Positions 61,247 through 64,000 of a DNA stretch of 64,000 nucleotides are shown piece after piece. The DNA lies in contig JAHEYQ010000017.1 of the NCBI GenBank assembly GCA_023251515.1, forward strand, positions 274-64,273, given 5' to 3'. The translations under genes and the position numbers were made by a program. Under the pieces are notes generated by a model. It made no database searches. It worked only from the letters and a program-made list of their open reading frames with translations, and was not told where the DNA came from. This DNA comes from Bacteroidales bacterium. Its GTDB lineage: Bacteria; Bacteroidota; Bacteroidia; Bacteroidales; JACABE01. The first letter of the stretch is position 1. Each line of letters begins with the position of its first letter.

Positions 61247-61810
61247 CTATACAGTCATAATGTCTTTTTCTTTTGTAATAAGATGTTTGTCAACCTTTTC
61301 GATATGTAAATTGGTTGCATCCTGAATTTCTTTTTCAAGAACTTTAATTTCGTCTTCCGGAATACCATCTTTTTCTAATTTTTTGGCAGCATCCATAGCT
61401 GTACGTCTGATATTGCGGATACTTACTTTTGCATTTTCAGCTTCAGCTTTAGCTCTTTTAACCAATTCCTTACGGCGTTCTTCGGTTAATGGTGGTACTG
61501 CAATGCGAATAAGTTCGCCATTATTTTGTGGATTAAAACCTAAATTTGCTGCCAATATTGCTTTTTCAATCGGAGAAATCATGCTTTTTTCCCAAGGTTG
61601 AATTGCTATCTGACGTGGGTCAGGTGTGCTGATATTTGAAATGTTTTCGATAGGAGTTAAGGCTCCGTAATAATCAACTCTAACGCCTTCAAGCATTTGT
61701 GGACTAGCTTTTCCTGCTCTGATTTTTTGAAATTCACGGTCGAGATGAAGCACTGCATGTTCCATGCCTTCTTTGGCTTCATCTAAACAAAATTGAGATT
61801 CTTCGGTCAT
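61247..61810 (-). CDS. frr: Ribosome recycling factor
   Basis: IRAGKASP, VDYYG, IQPWEK, LGFNPQNNG, VPPLTEERRKEL, IRNIRR. Confidence 0.96.
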   Translation of the reverse strand: MTEESQFCLDEAKEGMEHAVLHLDREFQKIRAGKASPQMLEGVRVDYYGALTPIENISNISTPDPRQIAIQPWEKSMISPIEKAILAANLGFNPQNNGELIRIAVPPLTEERRKELVKRAKAEAENAKVSIRNIRRTAMDAAKKLEKDGIPEDEIKVLEKEIQDATNLHIEKVDKHLITKEKDIMTV

Positions 61811-61861
61811 AGTATTTGCTTTTTAAACTGATTGCACAAAATTACAAAATTTTTATTTTAA

Positions 61862-62569
61862 TTAACCTACAAGGGTGCCAACTTTTTCACCATCTATTAC
61901 TTTTTTCAGATTGCCGCTTTTGTTCATATCAAAAACAATGATAGGCAATTTGTTTTCCTTGCAAAGTGTAAAGGCAGTTAAGTCCATGATATTTAATCCC
62001 TTTTCGTAAACTTCGTCAAATGAAACGCTTTCGTAACGTGTAGCTGTAGGATCTTTTTCAGGGTCTGCTGTATAAACTCCATCTACACGGGTTCCTTTAA
62101 GCATTACATCAGCCTGAATTTCAACTCCCCTTAAGGCAGAAGCTGTATCGGTTGTAAAAAACGGATTGCCTGTTCCTCCAGATATTATAACAACATGTCC
62201 ATCTTTCAATAAATCAATGGCTTTTGAACGGCTCATTGAAGTACAGATCGGATCTATTGCAATGCCTGATAATAATGTGGTTTTTACACCCATTTTTTTA
62301 AGTTCTGCCTGCAATGCCATACTGTTGATAACGGTAGCCAACATACCCATATAATCGCCCTGAACACGATCCATACCTTTGGCAGCACCCTGCAAACCAC
62401 GGAAAATATTACCACCACCTATTACGATGGCTACTTCCACTTTTTCTTCTACAATTGCTTTAATATCATTGGCATAACGCTCTAACATATTAGGGTCAAT
62501 ACCATATTGCTGATCACCCATCAGCGATTCGCCGCTGAGTTTCAATAAAATTCGTTTGTATTTAGGCAT
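61862..62569 (-). CDS. pyrH: UMP kinase
   Basis: RILLKLSGESL, GGGNIFRG, DYMGMLAT, GTGNPFFTTD, VDGVYTADP. Start moved to MPKYKR (62569). Confidence 0.96.
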   Translation of the reverse strand: MPKYKRILLKLSGESLMGDQQYGIDPNMLERYANDIKAIVEEKVEVAIVIGGGNIFRGLQGAAKGMDRVQGDYMGMLATVINSMALQAELKKMGVKTTLLSGIAIDPICTSMSRSKAIDLLKDGHVVIISGGTGNPFFTTDTASALRGVEIQADVMLKGTRVDGVYTADPEKDPTATRYESVSFDEVYEKGLNIMDLTAFTLCKENKLPIIVFDMNKSGNLKKVIDGEKVGTLVG

Positions 62570-62897
62570 AAAATTTCGATTTTTTATTTCAAAGAACAAA
62601 CATAAGAATTTTTTTTGAAATTGAAATGGTTTTTGCTTTTAAAAATAAAAAAATTGAAAATGGAGTGTTTACAAACAGATATTACTAATATTATTAATAT
62701 GTAAATTAATTGTTTATGGTGTTTTATTTATTTGTAATTAATCTTACTATTATATTAATGCTTAAAGTTGATTTTATCAGAATCTCTCTCTTTTCCTATA
62801 AATATTTTAAGTTTCTCAATTAAGAAACTTATCTTACATTCAAAATAAAAAATCAAAATTTATTCAGAAACAGTTTTTGCAGGATAATAATAATTCC

Positions 62898-62905
62898 TAA
62901 CTTTG
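62898..62905 (+). promoter_or_regulatory. -7 promoter element (TAACTTTG) for the mutase
   Basis: TAnnTTTG match 32 bp upstream of the ATG at 62938. Confidence 0.6.
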
Positions 62906-62937
62906 CAGCCATAATAAGTATCATTAAATACAAAATA

Positions 62938-64000
62938 ATGAGACCCGATTTTAAAAACATTGATTACAAACCACTATCGGCAACTGGAAAATCGTTTGCC
63001 GAATGGGAAAAAGAATCAGGTATTCAGAAAGAGTGGAATACTCCTGAGCAAATACCTGTTAAACCGGTTTATGGCGAGGACGACCTTAAAGGGATGGAAC
63101 ATCTCAATTATGCCGCCGGTATTCCTCCATTTTTAAGAGGACCTTATTCAACCATGTATGTGATGAAACCCTGGACAGTACGTCAGTATGCCGGTTTCTC
63201 AACAGCTGAAGAATCCAATGCTTTTTATCGCCGAAATCTGGCTGCCGGACAAAAAGGTTTGTCTGTAGCATTCGATTTAGCAACTCACCGCGGTTATGAT
63301 TCTGATCATGAAAGAGTTGTGGGCGATGTAGGTAAAGCAGGTGTTGCTATCGATTCTATTCTGGATATGAAAATCCTTTTCGACCAGATTCCTTTGGACA
63401 AAATGTCGGTTTCGATGACCATGAACGGTGCTGTTTTACCGGTGTTGGCCTTCTACATTGTAGCTGCCGAAGAACAAGGCGTTAGCATGGATAAACTGAG
63501 CGGCACCATTCAGAACGATATTCTGAAAGAATTTATGGTGCGTAATACTTATATCTATCCGCCATTGCCATCGATGAAAATCATTGCCGATATTTTTGAG
63601 TTTACCTCTAAAAATATGCCTAAGTTCAACTCTATCAGTATTTCGGGCTACCATATGCAGGAAGCCGGAGCTACTGCAGATATTGAACTGGCTTATACTT
63701 TGGCTGATGGTTTGGAATATCTGCGTGCTGGTGTTAATGCGGGTATGGATATCGATGCATTTGCTCCACGTTTGTCTTTCTTCTGGGCTATCGGCATGAA
63801 CCATTTTATGGAAATTGCCAAAATGCGGGCAGCCAGAATGTTGTGGGCAAAACTGGTAAAACAATTCAATCCTAAAAATCCTAAATCACTGGCTCTGAGA
63901 ACACACTCTCAAACCTCAGGATGGAGTTTAACCGAGCAGGATCCATTTAATAATGTAAGTCGTACTTGCATAGAAGCTATGGCAGCTGCATTAGGTCATA
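62938..64000 (+). CDS. scpA: Methylmalonyl-CoA mutase catalytic subunit, truncated by the window edge
   Basis: Manual translation from the ATG at 62938: [10 protein letters not shown]...[58 protein letters not shown]...[11 protein letters not shown]...[13 protein letters not shown]. Not in the ORF track. Confidence 0.95.
   Translation, partial: MRPDFKNIDYKPLSATGKSFAEWEKESGIQKEWNTPEQIPVKPVYGEDDLKGMEHLNYAAGIPPFLRGPYSTMYVMKPWTVRQYAGFSTAEESNAFYRRNLAAGQKGLSVAFDLATHRGYDSDHERVVGDVGKAGVAIDSILDMKILFDQIPLDKMSVSMTMNGAVLPVLAFYIVAAEEQGVSMDKLSGTIQNDILKEFMVRNTYIYPPLPSMKIIADIFEFTSKNMPKFNSISISGYHMQEAGATADIELAYTLADGLEYLRAGVNAGMDIDAFAPRLSFFWAIGMNHFMEIAKMRAARMLWAKLVKQFNPKNPKSLALRTHSQTSGWSLTEQDPFNNVSRTCIEAMAAALGH

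Noticed and set aside
63436-63864. 142-aa minus-strand ORF (and the 63584..63799 + ORF)
   Set aside because: Both are shadow frames of the methylmalonyl-CoA mutase gene.

Overview
AT-rich Bacteroidales-type chromosomal window, judged from TAnnTTTG promoters, T9SS cargo proteins, GSIII and the coaX-lptC and recQ-kdsD-lptB neighbourhoods. Bases 1-1893 look like the right end of an integrated element: an excisionase-like HTH, a frameshifted Cro-like HTH, a divergent XRE repressor, and an 18-bp duplicate of a tRNA 3' end (probably tRNA-Gln) followed by a terminator. The rest is core or accessory chromosome: two tandem cytoplasmic hybrid kinases, mntP, a T9SS nuclease, queD, dsbD, purS, pssA, GH2/cutC, recQ, kdsD/lptB, GSIII, a LacI-GH92-DMT-GH20 operon, envelope genes, dxs, gap, a type B T9SS adhesin, an M64 peptidase, tryptophanase, a tandem Kgp-like plus Rgp-like C25 protease pair, an unassigned radical SAM enzyme, frr, pyrH and a truncated methylmalonyl-CoA mutase (missing from the ORF track). 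The best candidate for an undescribed system lies at 23.7-25.5 kb. An orphan sigma54 enhancer-binding response regulator is followed by repeated candidate activator sites, a consensus -24/-12 promoter (TGGCACGCAATTTGCA), about 88 nt with no credible ORF, and a dedicated terminator. This reads as a sigma54-dependent small RNA, convergent with GSIII. All family assignments come from motifs read by eye; no database search was run.
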